Part shown: one piece after another, positions 1 to 10,134 of the stretch | Layout of the letters: the number at the start of each line of letters is the position of its first letter | How positions within the stretch are numbered: position 1 is the stretch's first letter | Assembly: GCA_902605215.1 (NCBI GenBank) | Contig: CACLBX010000003.1 | Location: 4,378-68,377, forward strand | Length of the DNA stretch: 64,000 bases | DNA from: an uncultured Pelagibacteraceae bacterium | GTDB taxonomy: Bacteria; Pseudomonadota; Alphaproteobacteria; Pelagibacterales; AG-422-B15 | Direction of reading: 5' to 3' | Notes under the pieces: generated by a model | What the model was told of the DNA's origin: nothing | The model's input: the letters and a program-made list of their open reading frames with translations, nothing else | The model's database searches: none | Position numbers and translations under genes: made by a program

Positions 1-443
1 CTATAACCAATGTAGCACATTCATGGATTGAAGCTTATTCTAAAAATTTAGGCTTTAAACTAAGCATCTTTTCACCTGACAGGTCGAAAGATTTATACTT
101 ATCAAAAATTAGTAAACACAAAGAAAACATAAATGTAGAAAGCATTATTCATAATCAAATTGATGATGAAATTTTATCTACAGCTGATGTGATTATGACA
201 GATACGTGGCAGTCTATGGGTGAAAAATCTGACGAAAACGTGATTAAAGAGCTAAACGGCTTCAGAGTTACAAAATCCTTAATGGATAAGGCAAAAGACG
301 ATTGTATATTCACGCATTGCTTACCTGCAAATAGGGGTCAAGAAGTTGAGGAGTCAGTAATTGATGGAGCAAACTCAAGAATTTGGGAAGAGGTGTCAAA
401 TAGACTCCATATCCAAAAGCAAATTCTTAGAACATTAATATAG
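1..443 (+). CDS. argF: Ornithine carbamoyltransferase, C-terminal part (5-prime end outside window)
   Basis: Frame 3 is open from base 3 (..NVAHSWIEA..). It contains MTDTWQSMG and HCLPANRGQEV, the DxWxSMG and HCLPxxRGxE carbamoyltransferase motifs. Stop at 443. Confidence 0.9.
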   Translation, partial: ITNVAHSWIEAYSKNLGFKLSIFSPDRSKDLYLSKISKHKENINVESIIHNQIDDEILSTADVIMTDTWQSMGEKSDENVIKELNGFRVTKSLMDKAKDDCIFTHCLPANRGQEVEESVIDGANSRIWEEVSNRLHIQKQILRTLI

Positions 444-1895
444 TTATTTTTTCCAGAAGGCGGGATGAAGAATTACGAGAACAGTCAGTATCTCAAGTCT
501 TCCTAATAACATTGAAAAAATTAATACCCATTTTGCAAATGTACTAATTTCATAAAAGGAATTCTCAGGACCAATCATTTCACCAAGACCAGGCCCAACA
601 TTTGCAAGTGATGTCGCAGCAGCCGACAAACTAGTAACAAAATCTAGCTCTGTTGTAGAAAGTAATAATGTAATAACAATGAAACTCAAAATAAAAATAA
701 AGAAAAAGCTCATTACTGAAGAAGTTACATCCTCTTCAATTTTTTTATGATTATAGTGAGGAACAAAAACTCCGTGAGGATGAAGTAGTTTTTGAATTTG
801 CATTTTTAATGTTTGAAATAAAATTTGAAATCTAAATACTTTTATTCCACATGTTGTTGAGCCGGCACAACCGCCTATGAACATTCCAAAAAATAAAAGA
901 TAAATTGGAAAAGGTCCCCATAAATTATAATTATCAGATGTATAACCAGTCCCAGTAATTATAGAAATAACATTAAATGCCCCACTTCTAATTGCTTCTT
1001 CAATATCTTTTATTTCCATGAACCATAGGTATAAAATTACCAATAGGGAGCTCAATAATATTATACCAAGAAAAGTAATTATCTGCGTATCTGAAATTAT
1101 TCTTTTTAATCCGTCTTTAAATGCTTCAAGATAAATTAATATTGGAAGACTACTCAGTACCATAAAAATTATTGCAACATATTCCAATGACTTGCTGTTA
1201 AAACTAGCAAATGAATTATTTTGAGTTGAAAATCCACCAGTTGCAATTGTGGTCATTGAGTGAACTAGTGCATCAAAGAAATTCATCCCTCCTAACCAAT
1301 ATGCAACCAAGCAAACGAATGTGAGTAGTAAATAAATCAAGATAACGGCAGAGGCTATCTGAGTTGTTCTAGGCAGAAGCTTATCTGTTGTGTCTGAGCT
1401 TTCTGTTCTGAACACCTGCATCCCCCCAACCCGAAGAACTGGCAAAATACTTACAGCCATTACGATAATCCCTATGCCACCCATCCATTGCAATAAACCT
1501 CTCCATATTAATATTCCTCCAGTTAATGACTCAACATTTTGAATTACACTTGATCCAGTTGTAGTAATTCCTGACATTGATTCAAATACCGAATTGGTAA
1601 TATTCAATCCGCTTTCAGAGAAGTAAAATGGTAAAGCACCAAATATACTGATTGATAACCAAGATAATGATGTAATTAGGAATGCATCCTGCATCAAAAT
1701 TTTATTATTTTCTTCGTTACGAGTAGAAATTAGGAATGTAACACCAAATCCAAATGTTATTATCGCACTAGTAATAAAAGATTTCCAAGTATCATTACCC
1801 ATTCCAAGATCAATTATCACTGGAATAAGCATTACGAGACTAAGGGCGATTAAAAGATACCCTAATACATTAAGTATTATCTTAAAATTTATCAT
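444..1895 (-). CDS. trkH: TrkH-family potassium uptake membrane protein
   Basis: 483-aa polytopic protein with repeated pore-loop-like segments (MSGITTTGSS, TIATGGFSTQN, ITGTGYTS, GGCAGSTTCGIKVFR) typical of TrkH/KtrB. Confidence 0.9.
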   Translation of the reverse strand: MINFKIILNVLGYLLIALSLVMLIPVIIDLGMGNDTWKSFITSAIITFGFGVTFLISTRNEENNKILMQDAFLITSLSWLSISIFGALPFYFSESGLNITNSVFESMSGITTTGSSVIQNVESLTGGILIWRGLLQWMGGIGIIVMAVSILPVLRVGGMQVFRTESSDTTDKLLPRTTQIASAVILIYLLLTFVCLVAYWLGGMNFFDALVHSMTTIATGGFSTQNNSFASFNSKSLEYVAIIFMVLSSLPILIYLEAFKDGLKRIISDTQIITFLGIILLSSLLVILYLWFMEIKDIEEAIRSGAFNVISIITGTGYTSDNYNLWGPFPIYLLFFGMFIGGCAGSTTCGIKVFRFQILFQTLKMQIQKLLHPHGVFVPHYNHKKIEEDVTSSVMSFFFIFILSFIVITLLLSTTELDFVTSLSAAATSLANVGPGLGEMIGPENSFYEISTFAKWVLIFSMLLGRLEILTVLVILHPAFWKK

Positions 1896-1907
1896 TAAAA
1901 TAATTTA

Positions 1908-2513
1908 TTAATTTTTTTTAAGAATAGATCCTTGATTGATCATACTATAAAACTCTCTTCTTGTAGAGGAGTCAGTTCTAAATTTACCTAAGAGTTGGCT
2001 GGTAACCATTGAAATACCAGGAGTGCCTATTCCTCTAGTCGTCATACATTGATGTTGTGCCTCAACTACCACTGCCACACCCTTCGGTTTAAGGACATCC
2101 TGAATACAATTAGCTATTTGAGCGGTAAGCTTTTCCTGAATTTGCATTCTTTTCATATAGATGCGAGTTATTCTTGCAAGCTTGCTTATTCCTACAACTC
2201 TTTTATTTGGAAGGTAGGCAACATGTGCGGAGCCGATAAAAGGGGCAATATGGTGCTCGCAGTGTGACTCAATCCTGATGTCTCGGAGCATAATAATTTC
2301 GTCATAACCCTCAAGTTCATCAAAAGTTTTTTTTAAAACTTCTTTAGGATCATCGTTGTAACCTGCAAACCAGTCTTCATAAGCCTTGACAACTCTCTTA
2401 GGGGTTTCTAATAAACCAGGCCTATTAGCGTCTTCTCCGACAAAAGATAATAAGGTTTTAACAGCAGCCTCTGCTTCTTGACGAGTTGGCTTTGTATTTT
2501 TCTTTTTTTTCAT
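1908..2513 (-). CDS. folE: GTP cyclohydrolase I
   Basis: 201 aa with ESHCEHHIAPFIG, RMQIQEKLT and HQCMTTRG, the FolE zinc and active-site motifs. Confidence 0.93.
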   Translation of the reverse strand: MKKKKNTKPTRQEAEAAVKTLLSFVGEDANRPGLLETPKRVVKAYEDWFAGYNDDPKEVLKKTFDELEGYDEIIMLRDIRIESHCEHHIAPFIGSAHVAYLPNKRVVGISKLARITRIYMKRMQIQEKLTAQIANCIQDVLKPKGVAVVVEAQHQCMTTRGIGTPGISMVTSQLLGKFRTDSSTRREFYSMINQGSILKKN

Positions 2514-2647
2514 GATTTTGAAGTCAGATTACTATATGAAAATTAATAAAATATATAGTTTAATTATTTGCTAAAAAAACAAATAAATTATCTAAATAGT
2601 CAAAAATAGATGAAATATGTTAATTTTTCAGTGATTTAAAGAATAAT

Positions 2648-4222
2648 ATGATAATGTCCATAGGTATGTCTTCCATAAGTGAAATCAGTAAAGATGCAAA
2701 AGCATGGCCTTTTATCGAGGCAAAAAAAATAATAAAAAAAGCTCAAGCAAATAATAAACAAAAAATTAGATTGCAAACTGGGTATGGTCCAAGTGGATTA
2801 CCACATATTGGAACATTTGGTGAGGTAGCCAGAACAACAATGATTTTAAATGCCATAAAGTCATTATCAGAAATTGAAGTGGAACTCGTAGCTTTCTCAG
2901 ATGATATGGATGGACTTAGAAAAGTTCCTGACAATGTTCCTAATAAAAATATATTAGAGGAACATCTTCATAAACCACTCACTTCAATTCCCGATCCATT
3001 TGAGACAAGTAAGAGTTTTGGAGATCACAATAATGAAATGTTGCAGCAGTTTTTAGATAACTTTGGTTTTAAGTACACATTTAAAAGTGCTACTGAACTT
3101 TATACTTCAGGGTATTTTGATGAACAATTAATCAATGTACTAAAAAATTATGAATCTATAAAAAATATTATTCTTCCAACATTAGGCGAGGAACGAAAAA
3201 AAACATATAGTCCATTTCTTCCAATATGCCCAGAGTCTGGACATGTTCTTGAAGTTGAAATTATTTCAATTAATCCTGATAAAAATACAATTACATATGT
3301 AAATAAAAATAAAGAAGTTGAGCAATCTATCTTAAAGGGAAAATGCAAACTTCAATGGAAAGTTGATTGGGCAATGCGGTGGGGCGCTCTTGATATTGAT
3401 TATGAGATGTACGGAAAAGATTTAATACCTACGTTTCAGCTTTCTGCAAAAGTAAGCCGAGCACTTGGTTACGCGCCTCCAGAAAATTATTTTTATGAAC
3501 TATTTCTTGATCAAAATGGAGAAAAAATATCTAAATCTAAAGGCAATGGACTCACTATAGAGGAATGGTTGTCATACGCACCTAAAGAAACATTAAGCTA
3601 TTTTATGTATCAAAACCCAAGAAGAGCTAAGAAACTCTTTCATGACATCATTCCAAAGTCATCTGATGAGTTCTTAGGCCATTTAAACAAATTTAATACG
3701 CAATCTGATCAAGAGCAGATTGAAAACCCAGTTTGGCACATCATGAATGGTGAAAACTCTATAGGAAATGTAAATGTAACATACAACCTTATATTAAATC
3801 TTGTTGCTGCGAGTGGAAAAAACGAGCCTGCAATTATTTTAGATTTTGTTAAGAAATATGATGAAAATATTAATAGTTCTAATAGGCAATTCATCAATGA
3901 CTTAATAAAAGGGGTAATTAATTTTGAAAGAGACATTACTTCAGAACAAATAAATTATAAGACCCCATCTAGCGAAGAAAGAAAAATCTTTGAGGATCTA
4001 ATAAATAGATTGCGTAGTCAGGCAGAAAGTGCAGATGCCGAAACCATTCAAACTGAGATATATCAAATAGGAAAAGATCATAATTTTGAAAACCTCAGGG
4101 ATTGGTTTAAACTTATTTATCAAGTTCTTTTTGGCAAAGAAGATGGACCCAGATTTGGAACTTTTATTGCGATATATGGAATAAAACAGACAATTGAGTT
4201 AATCGAAGAAAAGTTAAAATAA
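2648..4222 (+). CDS. lysK: Class I lysyl-tRNA synthetase
   Basis: 524 aa. HIGH-like GLPHIGTFGEV and KMSKS-like KISKSKGNG. Length and layout fit class I LysRS, as in Rickettsiales/Pelagibacterales. The exact start among three nearby ATGs is uncertain. Confidence 0.9.
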   Translation: MIMSIGMSSISEISKDAKAWPFIEAKKIIKKAQANNKQKIRLQTGYGPSGLPHIGTFGEVARTTMILNAIKSLSEIEVELVAFSDDMDGLRKVPDNVPNKNILEEHLHKPLTSIPDPFETSKSFGDHNNEMLQQFLDNFGFKYTFKSATELYTSGYFDEQLINVLKNYESIKNIILPTLGEERKKTYSPFLPICPESGHVLEVEIISINPDKNTITYVNKNKEVEQSILKGKCKLQWKVDWAMRWGALDIDYEMYGKDLIPTFQLSAKVSRALGYAPPENYFYELFLDQNGEKISKSKGNGLTIEEWLSYAPKETLSYFMYQNPRRAKKLFHDIIPKSSDEFLGHLNKFNTQSDQEQIENPVWHIMNGENSIGNVNVTYNLILNLVAASGKNEPAIILDFVKKYDENINSSNRQFINDLIKGVINFERDITSEQINYKTPSSEERKIFEDLINRLRSQAESADAETIQTEIYQIGKDHNFENLRDWFKLIYQVLFGKEDGPRFGTFIAIYGIKQTIELIEEKLK

Positions 4223-4230
4223 AAATTTAA

Positions 4231-5274
4231 ATGATAAGGATATTTTTTAATATACTTAAGAATCTTGACCCTGAAGTTGCTCACAAATTAACAATAAATG
4301 CACTTAAAATTCCAAATCCATTTATTGAAAGCAGTAATGATATCCCTATTTTAAGCAACGATATTAACGGACTCAGGTTTAAGAACCCCATAGGAATGGC
4401 TGCAGGATTTGATAAAAATGCTGAAGTTATAAATTCATTATTCAATTTAGGATTTGGTTTCACAGAATGTGGAACTGTCACACCAAGACCTCAATTTGGA
4501 AATGCTAAACCAAGGGTATTCCGGCTTGCTTCAGATAAAGCGATTATAAATAGACTAGGTTTTAATAATAATGGTATTGAAAAATTTTTGATGAATATGA
4601 GTAAATCAAATAAAAATGGAGTCCTTGGCGCAAATATTGGACCAAACAAAGACACAGAAAATTTCATCGATGATTATATTAATTTATACACTCAAGTAGT
4701 TGATTATTCAGACTACGTTACAGTAAATGTCTCTTCACCAAACACCGAAAATTTAAGAGAGATACAGGAACACGATACATTAAATACACTGCTTAGCGAG
4801 CTGTCTCAATTAAGAGAAACCATGAAGACACAAAAAAAGATCATCCTAAAAATTGATCCTGATAGTACGAAGCAGCATTACAGCATGGTACTTAATTTAG
4901 TTCAGAAATATAAAATTGATGGTATAATTGCTACTAATACAACCATTTCTCGCCCTCAAGATTTAATGAACGAGTATAAAGATGAAGAAGGAGGCATTTC
5001 AGGACAGCCACTTAAAGAATTATCCAATAAAGTGTTAAGTTTCCTTTCAAAAGAAACAAATAGAGAATTGCTTCTTATTGGCGTTGGAGGAATTTCTAAC
5101 GCGGAAGATGTTTATACTAAAATTAAGTTGGGCGCATCATTAGTTCAATTGTATACAGCCCTTACTTTCAACGGACCACAAATGATAAATAATATTAAAA
5201 AGGATTTATCATTACTTTTGCAGAATGATGGGTATAAAAATATTTCAGATGCAGTAGGGATTATTCATTCATGA
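4231..5274 (+). CDS. pyrD: Dihydroorotate dehydrogenase (quinone), class 2
   Basis: GMAAGFDKNAE, GFGFTECGTVTPRPQFGNAKPRVFRL and IINRLGFNNNG match class 2 PyrD. Confidence 0.93.
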   Translation: MIRIFFNILKNLDPEVAHKLTINALKIPNPFIESSNDIPILSNDINGLRFKNPIGMAAGFDKNAEVINSLFNLGFGFTECGTVTPRPQFGNAKPRVFRLASDKAIINRLGFNNNGIEKFLMNMSKSNKNGVLGANIGPNKDTENFIDDYINLYTQVVDYSDYVTVNVSSPNTENLREIQEHDTLNTLLSELSQLRETMKTQKKIILKIDPDSTKQHYSMVLNLVQKYKIDGIIATNTTISRPQDLMNEYKDEEGGISGQPLKELSNKVLSFLSKETNRELLLIGVGGISNAEDVYTKIKLGASLVQLYTALTFNGPQMINNIKKDLSLLLQNDGYKNISDAVGIIHS

Positions 5275-5885
5275 TCAAAATAATGGATATTCCATTTCAT
5301 CAAAGAAAAAGACAAATTAATAAAAAAAATAATCGAGAGTCCATAATAACTTCCTCAAGAAAGATTCTTACAGAAAAAGGTATCGATAATGCGAGTGTAC
5401 GAGAAATAGTATCAATCGCTAACCTTGGTTCTGGTACATTTTATAATTACTTTGATGATAAGAATGCAGTTTTTTTGATAATTATTGAAAGGTTAGTAAG
5501 TGAATTTAGCGATTACTTTATGAAAAGAGTAAATGAAGCTCAAACTTTTGATCAGATTGTTAAGATAGCCTTTAGTAGTTGGTTTAATTGGATTTTAGAT
5601 GAAGAAGAAAATTACTTATTCATAAAAAATAATAGAAAATACATATTAGACTTAAAATGGCTTTCCGCTCATTCAAAGGAGTATGCAAGATTTAATAATA
5701 ACTTATATGAATTTGTGATCGATATTTCAAAAAAAACAAAATTTCCTCAAAACGATATTTCTTTTATGATTACATCTGTCATGGCAGTTTGTATAAATCT
5801 TGGTGATGAAATGTTGACACGTAGCGATGTATCCCCTGATGATGCTTCAAACTTTGCGACCAAACTTTTTTTGAAGGGCTTATAA
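5271..5885 (+). CDS. TetR-family transcriptional regulator
   Basis: N-terminal HTH ASVREIVSIANLGSGTFYNYFDDK followed by an all-helical C-terminal part. Overlaps the pyrD stop by 4 nt. Confidence 0.8.
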   Translation: MIKIMDIPFHQRKRQINKKNNRESIITSSRKILTEKGIDNASVREIVSIANLGSGTFYNYFDDKNAVFLIIIERLVSEFSDYFMKRVNEAQTFDQIVKIAFSSWFNWILDEEENYLFIKNNRKYILDLKWLSAHSKEYARFNNNLYEFVIDISKKTKFPQNDISFMITSVMAVCINLGDEMLTRSDVSPDDASNFATKLFLKGL

Positions 5886-5888
5886 TTT

Positions 5889-6692
5889 TTGACAAAAAGT
5901 ATATTTATTACTGGGGCAGCCTCTGGGATTGGCAAAGCAACCGCAATATCATTTGCTAAACAAGGCTGGCATGTTGGTTTGTTTGATATCAATGAGGAAG
6001 GTCTCAAAGAAGTAGCTAATCTTATTGGACACAACAAATGTATGTATCAAAAGCTAGATGTGACCAGTATTCAGGAGTGGAAAGAAGCTGAAAAAAGTTT
6101 TTCAGAATACACATCTGGAAAATGTAATATTTTTTTTAATAATGCAGGTATAGCTAATTTTGCTGGAGCTTTTGAAGATGTACACATTAATGAAATTCAT
6201 AAAATTATAGATGTTAATTTTAAAGGTGTCGCAAATGGCTGTATTTCAATGCTGAATTTGTTAAAGAATACAGAGAACAGCCTTCTTTTGAATACCAGTT
6301 CTGTAGCAGGTTTAGTGCCTACGCCTGGTATCGCTATTTATGGGGCAACTAAACACGCCGTAACTTCATTAACTGAATCTTTGAGAATTGAATATGAAAG
6401 ATATGGCGTAAGAGTCTCAGAAATTAATCCCTGGTTTACAGAGACACCAATACTTGAGGCAAAAAATGTATCGTCTGACATGCAAAGTCAATGGGAAAGA
6501 GATTTTGTTGAACAAAGAACAAAAGTTCATCCAGTATCTAAAGTCGTTGATAAAGTATGGCTGGCTTATAAAAGCAAGAAAATACACCATCCTGTAGGAT
6601 TAGAAGCAAACCTTGCATCATTCTTTATGCGTTTTATACCTTCTTTTGTTCGAAGAATGAGCAAAAAACTTTTTAAAGATACTTTTATTTAA
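5889..6692 (+). CDS. Short-chain dehydrogenase/reductase (SDR)
   Basis: TTG start. TGAASGIGKA Rossmann motif, NNAG, and YGATKHA (YxxxK). Confidence 0.85.
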   Translation: MTKSIFITGAASGIGKATAISFAKQGWHVGLFDINEEGLKEVANLIGHNKCMYQKLDVTSIQEWKEAEKSFSEYTSGKCNIFFNNAGIANFAGAFEDVHINEIHKIIDVNFKGVANGCISMLNLLKNTENSLLLNTSSVAGLVPTPGIAIYGATKHAVTSLTESLRIEYERYGVRVSEINPWFTETPILEAKNVSSDMQSQWERDFVEQRTKVHPVSKVVDKVWLAYKSKKIHHPVGLEANLASFFMRFIPSFVRRMSKKLFKDTFI

Positions 6693-7582
6693 ACTGATCT
6701 TTTTGCTTTATCAGCGTCATTTGAGGATTTAATCATGTTTCTTAGCATTTCCCACTCTTGATCAGTTACATCTTTTAACATTTCATAGAAATTTCCCGCA
6801 TGGTTTAGCCATTGAGCACCATCTATCGCAACGATTTCACCTGTTAAATATTCACAGCCATCTGCCATTAAAAAGGTTGCGAGATTTGCTAATTCGCTTA
6901 ATTCACCAGTTCTCTTCATTGGAACTGAATTCATTAAGTCCACTCCCTTACCTCCAGGCGCCAATCGATCCCAAGCTCCCTTTGTAGGAAATGGTCCAGG
7001 AGCAATTCCATTTAGTCTTATTCCTCTATTTCCCCATTCAGCGGCAAGTGACCTTGTCATTGTTGCCAAGCCAGATTTCGACATCGCAGATGGAACCGTA
7101 TAAGGCCCACTGCTGTCAACCCAAGTAGTTAAAATAGAAATGATACTTCCTTTTAGATTTTCTTTTAGCCATCTTTTTCCAATTGTGTTAGTCATATAAA
7201 AAGTACCATTGAAAACTATATTTGAGATAGCAGTAAAAGCTCTTGGAGATAAATCTTCTGTTCTAGAGATAAAATTTCCAGCTGCATTGTTTAGAAGACC
7301 TGTAAGTGGTCCTTCACTCCAGATTTCATTTACCATATCTTCGATTGCTTCTGGGACTTTAATGTCACATGAAATAGCTTTTACAGATCCACCGTGCAAA
7401 TCCATTAGTTCTTTTGCAGCTTGATCTAAAACTGATTTCCTTCGACCACAAATATAAATATCTGCTCCAAGCTCTAAATATCTTGTAGCCATTGCTTTTC
7501 CAAGACCAGATCCTCCACCAGAAACTAAAATTCTTTTATCTTTTAATAAATCTTTTTGAAACATATTTACTCCTTTATCCAA
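6689..7582 (-). CDS. SDR, 2,4-dienoyl-CoA reductase-like
   Basis: VSGGGSGLGKA, NNAAGNF, PSAMSKSG. Overall similar to the DECR-type SDR subgroup. Substrate is inferred only from family and context. Confidence 0.7.
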   Translation of the reverse strand: MDKGVNMFQKDLLKDKRILVSGGGSGLGKAMATRYLELGADIYICGRRKSVLDQAAKELMDLHGGSVKAISCDIKVPEAIEDMVNEIWSEGPLTGLLNNAAGNFISRTEDLSPRAFTAISNIVFNGTFYMTNTIGKRWLKENLKGSIISILTTWVDSSGPYTVPSAMSKSGLATMTRSLAAEWGNRGIRLNGIAPGPFPTKGAWDRLAPGGKGVDLMNSVPMKRTGELSELANLATFLMADGCEYLTGEIVAIDGAQWLNHAGNFYEMLKDVTDQEWEMLRNMIKSSNDADKAKRSV

Positions 7583-8306
7583 ATTGTGTTAAGAATGGAA
7601 GATACTTTATAAAAAAGAAAGCCAATTCCTGAATTCTATTAGTTAGGATGAGAATACCAAATATTACAAGTAATACACCAGTAAAAATTTCTATAACTCT
7701 AATATAATTTCTTATTTTTATTAAAAATCTCATGAAGCCATTAATTGCATACGCGGCGAGTAGAAATGGAATACCAAGGCCTGCTGAGTAGAGCATTAAA
7801 AGAACAATTCCATAAGTAACTGTCTCTGAGCTTGCCGCAATTGATAGGACGCTGCCCAAAATTGGCCCTATACATGGCGTCCATCCGAAAGCAAAAGAGA
7901 GACCAATTACATAAGATCCAACTACTCCAGGTCTATAGCTTTCAATTTGGTACCTTGTGTCTCTATTTAGGAATGGAAGTTGGATAATTTGCATAAAATG
8001 AATACCAAAAATAATAATTATAATTCCACCAACAATTCTTAGAATATCTAAGTATTCATAAATTAAGCCACTTAATAAAGTTGCTGACGCGCCCAATAAA
8101 ATAAATACAGTAGAAAATCCAAAAACAAAACTTAAAGCAAAATAAAATACATTTCTCTCTTTTGAAGCATCCTCACCGGAGGCAATCTTATCTAAACTTG
8201 TGCCTGCTAAAAAACATAAGTAACCAGGCACAATAGGTAACACGCAAGGTGACAAAAAACTAAGTAGTCCCGCTAGGACAACATAAAAATATGATATTTC
8301 AGTCAT
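7575..8306 (-). CDS. ccdA: Cytochrome c biogenesis / thiol-disulfide electron transporter CcdA (DsbD transmembrane family)
   Basis: 243-aa polytopic protein with LSFLSPCVLPIVPGY and GWTPCIGPILG, the paired Cys motifs of CcdA. Confidence 0.85.
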   Translation of the reverse strand: MTEISYFYVVLAGLLSFLSPCVLPIVPGYLCFLAGTSLDKIASGEDASKERNVFYFALSFVFGFSTVFILLGASATLLSGLIYEYLDILRIVGGIIIIIFGIHFMQIIQLPFLNRDTRYQIESYRPGVVGSYVIGLSFAFGWTPCIGPILGSVLSIAASSETVTYGIVLLMLYSAGLGIPFLLAAYAINGFMRFLIKIRNYIRVIEIFTGVLLVIFGILILTNRIQELAFFFIKYLPFLTQFG

Positions 8307-9094
8307 TAAACTTTTCTAAATCTTTTAAATACTTCAGCGCCGCTCCAGCCTATAAGTATAGCGATTAGCAGGGAAATCAATCCATAAATTAAAGGATAGT
8401 TTTTTGAGAAGGAATAGATTGCCTCTTCAATACCTACTCTGGTTACTATAAAATTATAAGAATATTCATTTGAGATTTTATTATCTATAACCAGGTATAA
8501 ATTAACTTTATATTGACCAACAGGAACAGTGTTCGGTATCTCAATATAAGATCTAAATAAATTTCCATCAATTATATCAATTTCTCCATTAACCTTTCTG
8601 TATACATCTTCACTCTCTTTTGTTCTTATAAGAGCATCATAAAAAGATTCTTTATCCTTTTCATTTTTGATATTTCCCCAGTCAATATTTAATGCACTCC
8701 AGTCTATAAGCTGGGTATCTTTTTTATTTAATAGACCAATATTGTTTTCATTTAAAAATTCATTGGTTATCTCATTTGTACTTGAAAGATAATAAAATCC
8801 AGGTACATCGTAAAAACCAACACTTTTTGAATTCAGCCAGAAACCAAAGAAAGATTCCTTTTTTCTTACGACCACATCCTCTGATGGACCGACTACTTCA
8901 ATCAGAATATCACTCTTATCATCTCTTGATTGTGAGGGATCTGAATAAAAGGCCCCAAATACAAGAAGATTTTTTCCAGAAAAATTTGCATCAATGTATA
9001 TCTCCTCTTCATCAGATCCTATTACAAGCGCTGAGGCAGAAGAAATAAAAGCCAATACTAACAATTTAATAAAAAATAATATTCTCAAATTCAT
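8306..9094 (-). CDS. TIGR02186-like alphaproteobacterial membrane protein
   Basis: Signal peptide, large periplasmic domain and a single C-terminal TM. Sits directly downstream of a TauE/DUF81 gene, the usual partner of this family. Confidence 0.55.
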   Translation of the reverse strand: MNLRILFFIKLLVLAFISSASALVIGSDEEEIYIDANFSGKNLLVFGAFYSDPSQSRDDKSDILIEVVGPSEDVVVRKKESFFGFWLNSKSVGFYDVPGFYYLSSTNEITNEFLNENNIGLLNKKDTQLIDWSALNIDWGNIKNEKDKESFYDALIRTKESEDVYRKVNGEIDIIDGNLFRSYIEIPNTVPVGQYKVNLYLVIDNKISNEYSYNFIVTRVGIEEAIYSFSKNYPLIYGLISLLIAILIGWSGAEVFKRFRKV

Positions 9095-9095
9095 A

Positions 9096-10019
9096 TCAGA
9101 ATAAAGCCCTTATGACAGAAATATTGAAAACCTCACTTGGTTCTACTAGCAAGTCTAATGCTATTTTAGTTGCAACACCCAATACTATAATTGCAAGAAG
9201 CGCTCTAATTTCTTCACCTCGTAATTTATTAGCAGCCAAGACACCTACCTGAGCTCCGATTACTGATGAAATTATTAAAAAGAATGCTAGAACTGCATCA
9301 ACTGCAAATGTAGTAGTAGCGTGCAATAATGTGACAAGTGCAGTTACAAAAATAATTTGAAATAATGAAGTGCCAATTACTTTTGAGGTAGGCATTCCAA
9401 GAAAATAAATCATAGCAGGAATTAAAATAAATGTTCCTCCAATTCCCATTGTTGCTGATAAAATACCAATTACAAATCCAATGATGATAGGAGGTATTGC
9501 ACTAATATATAGTTTAGATTTATAGAATTTAATTTTGAAGGGTAGTTTATGTGCCCAGTTATGGTAATGAATTTTTCTCTTTACTGTTTTCCTTCTTACT
9601 CGATCCCTTATAACTTGAGAACTTTCAATGAGCATAATCAACCCAATCGAGGTAAGGAGGGAAAAATATAAAATTGATATAACAGTATCAATCTGACCTA
9701 ACGCTATTAATTTACTAAAAATCCATACTCCTAAAATAGATCCAAAAAATGAGCCAATCAGTAGTACCCCTCCCATTTTGAAATCAACCAACCCCTGGCG
9801 CCAGTAGCCTATTGTTCCCGAGATTGAAGAAGCTACAATTTGGTTAGCAGATGTGGCAACAGCTACATTTGTTGGAATACCCATAAAAATGAGGATTGGA
9901 GTCATTAAAAAACCTCCACCCAAACCAAACATCCCTGACAAAAAACCGACTACGCCGCCTAAAGATAGCAATAAAAATATATTTACTGAGAGCTCTGCAA
10001 TTGGCAGATAAATACTCAT
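9096..10019 (-). CDS. TauE/SafE (DUF81) family anion exporter
   Basis: 307-aa polytopic protein with an internally duplicated G-rich TM pattern (GGVVGFLSGMFGLGGGFLMTP / SATMGIGGTFILIP). Confidence 0.85.
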   Translation of the reverse strand: MSIYLPIAELSVNIFLLLSLGGVVGFLSGMFGLGGGFLMTPILIFMGIPTNVAVATSANQIVASSISGTIGYWRQGLVDFKMGGVLLIGSFFGSILGVWIFSKLIALGQIDTVISILYFSLLTSIGLIMLIESSQVIRDRVRRKTVKRKIHYHNWAHKLPFKIKFYKSKLYISAIPPIIIGFVIGILSATMGIGGTFILIPAMIYFLGMPTSKVIGTSLFQIIFVTALVTLLHATTTFAVDAVLAFFLIISSVIGAQVGVLAANKLRGEEIRALLAIIVLGVATKIALDLLVEPSEVFNISVIRALF

Positions 10020-10134
10020 ACCTTCACTCTTTTCAGACTTTCCCCTATGTTATGGATAGCAAAATTAGAAATTTGCAATTTATAAGACAATGGTTATATA
10101 TTTAAATTAAATTACAATAATTATTCATAAACCT

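Noticed and set aside
2049-6037. Short ORFs antisense to folE, lysK, pyrD and the TetR/SDR junction (for example 2049-2267, 2743-2934, 3148-3348, 3709-3936, 4281-4481, 5747-6037)
   Set aside because: All are fully embedded in, or overlap, well-supported genes on the other strand, and none has a recognisable motif.
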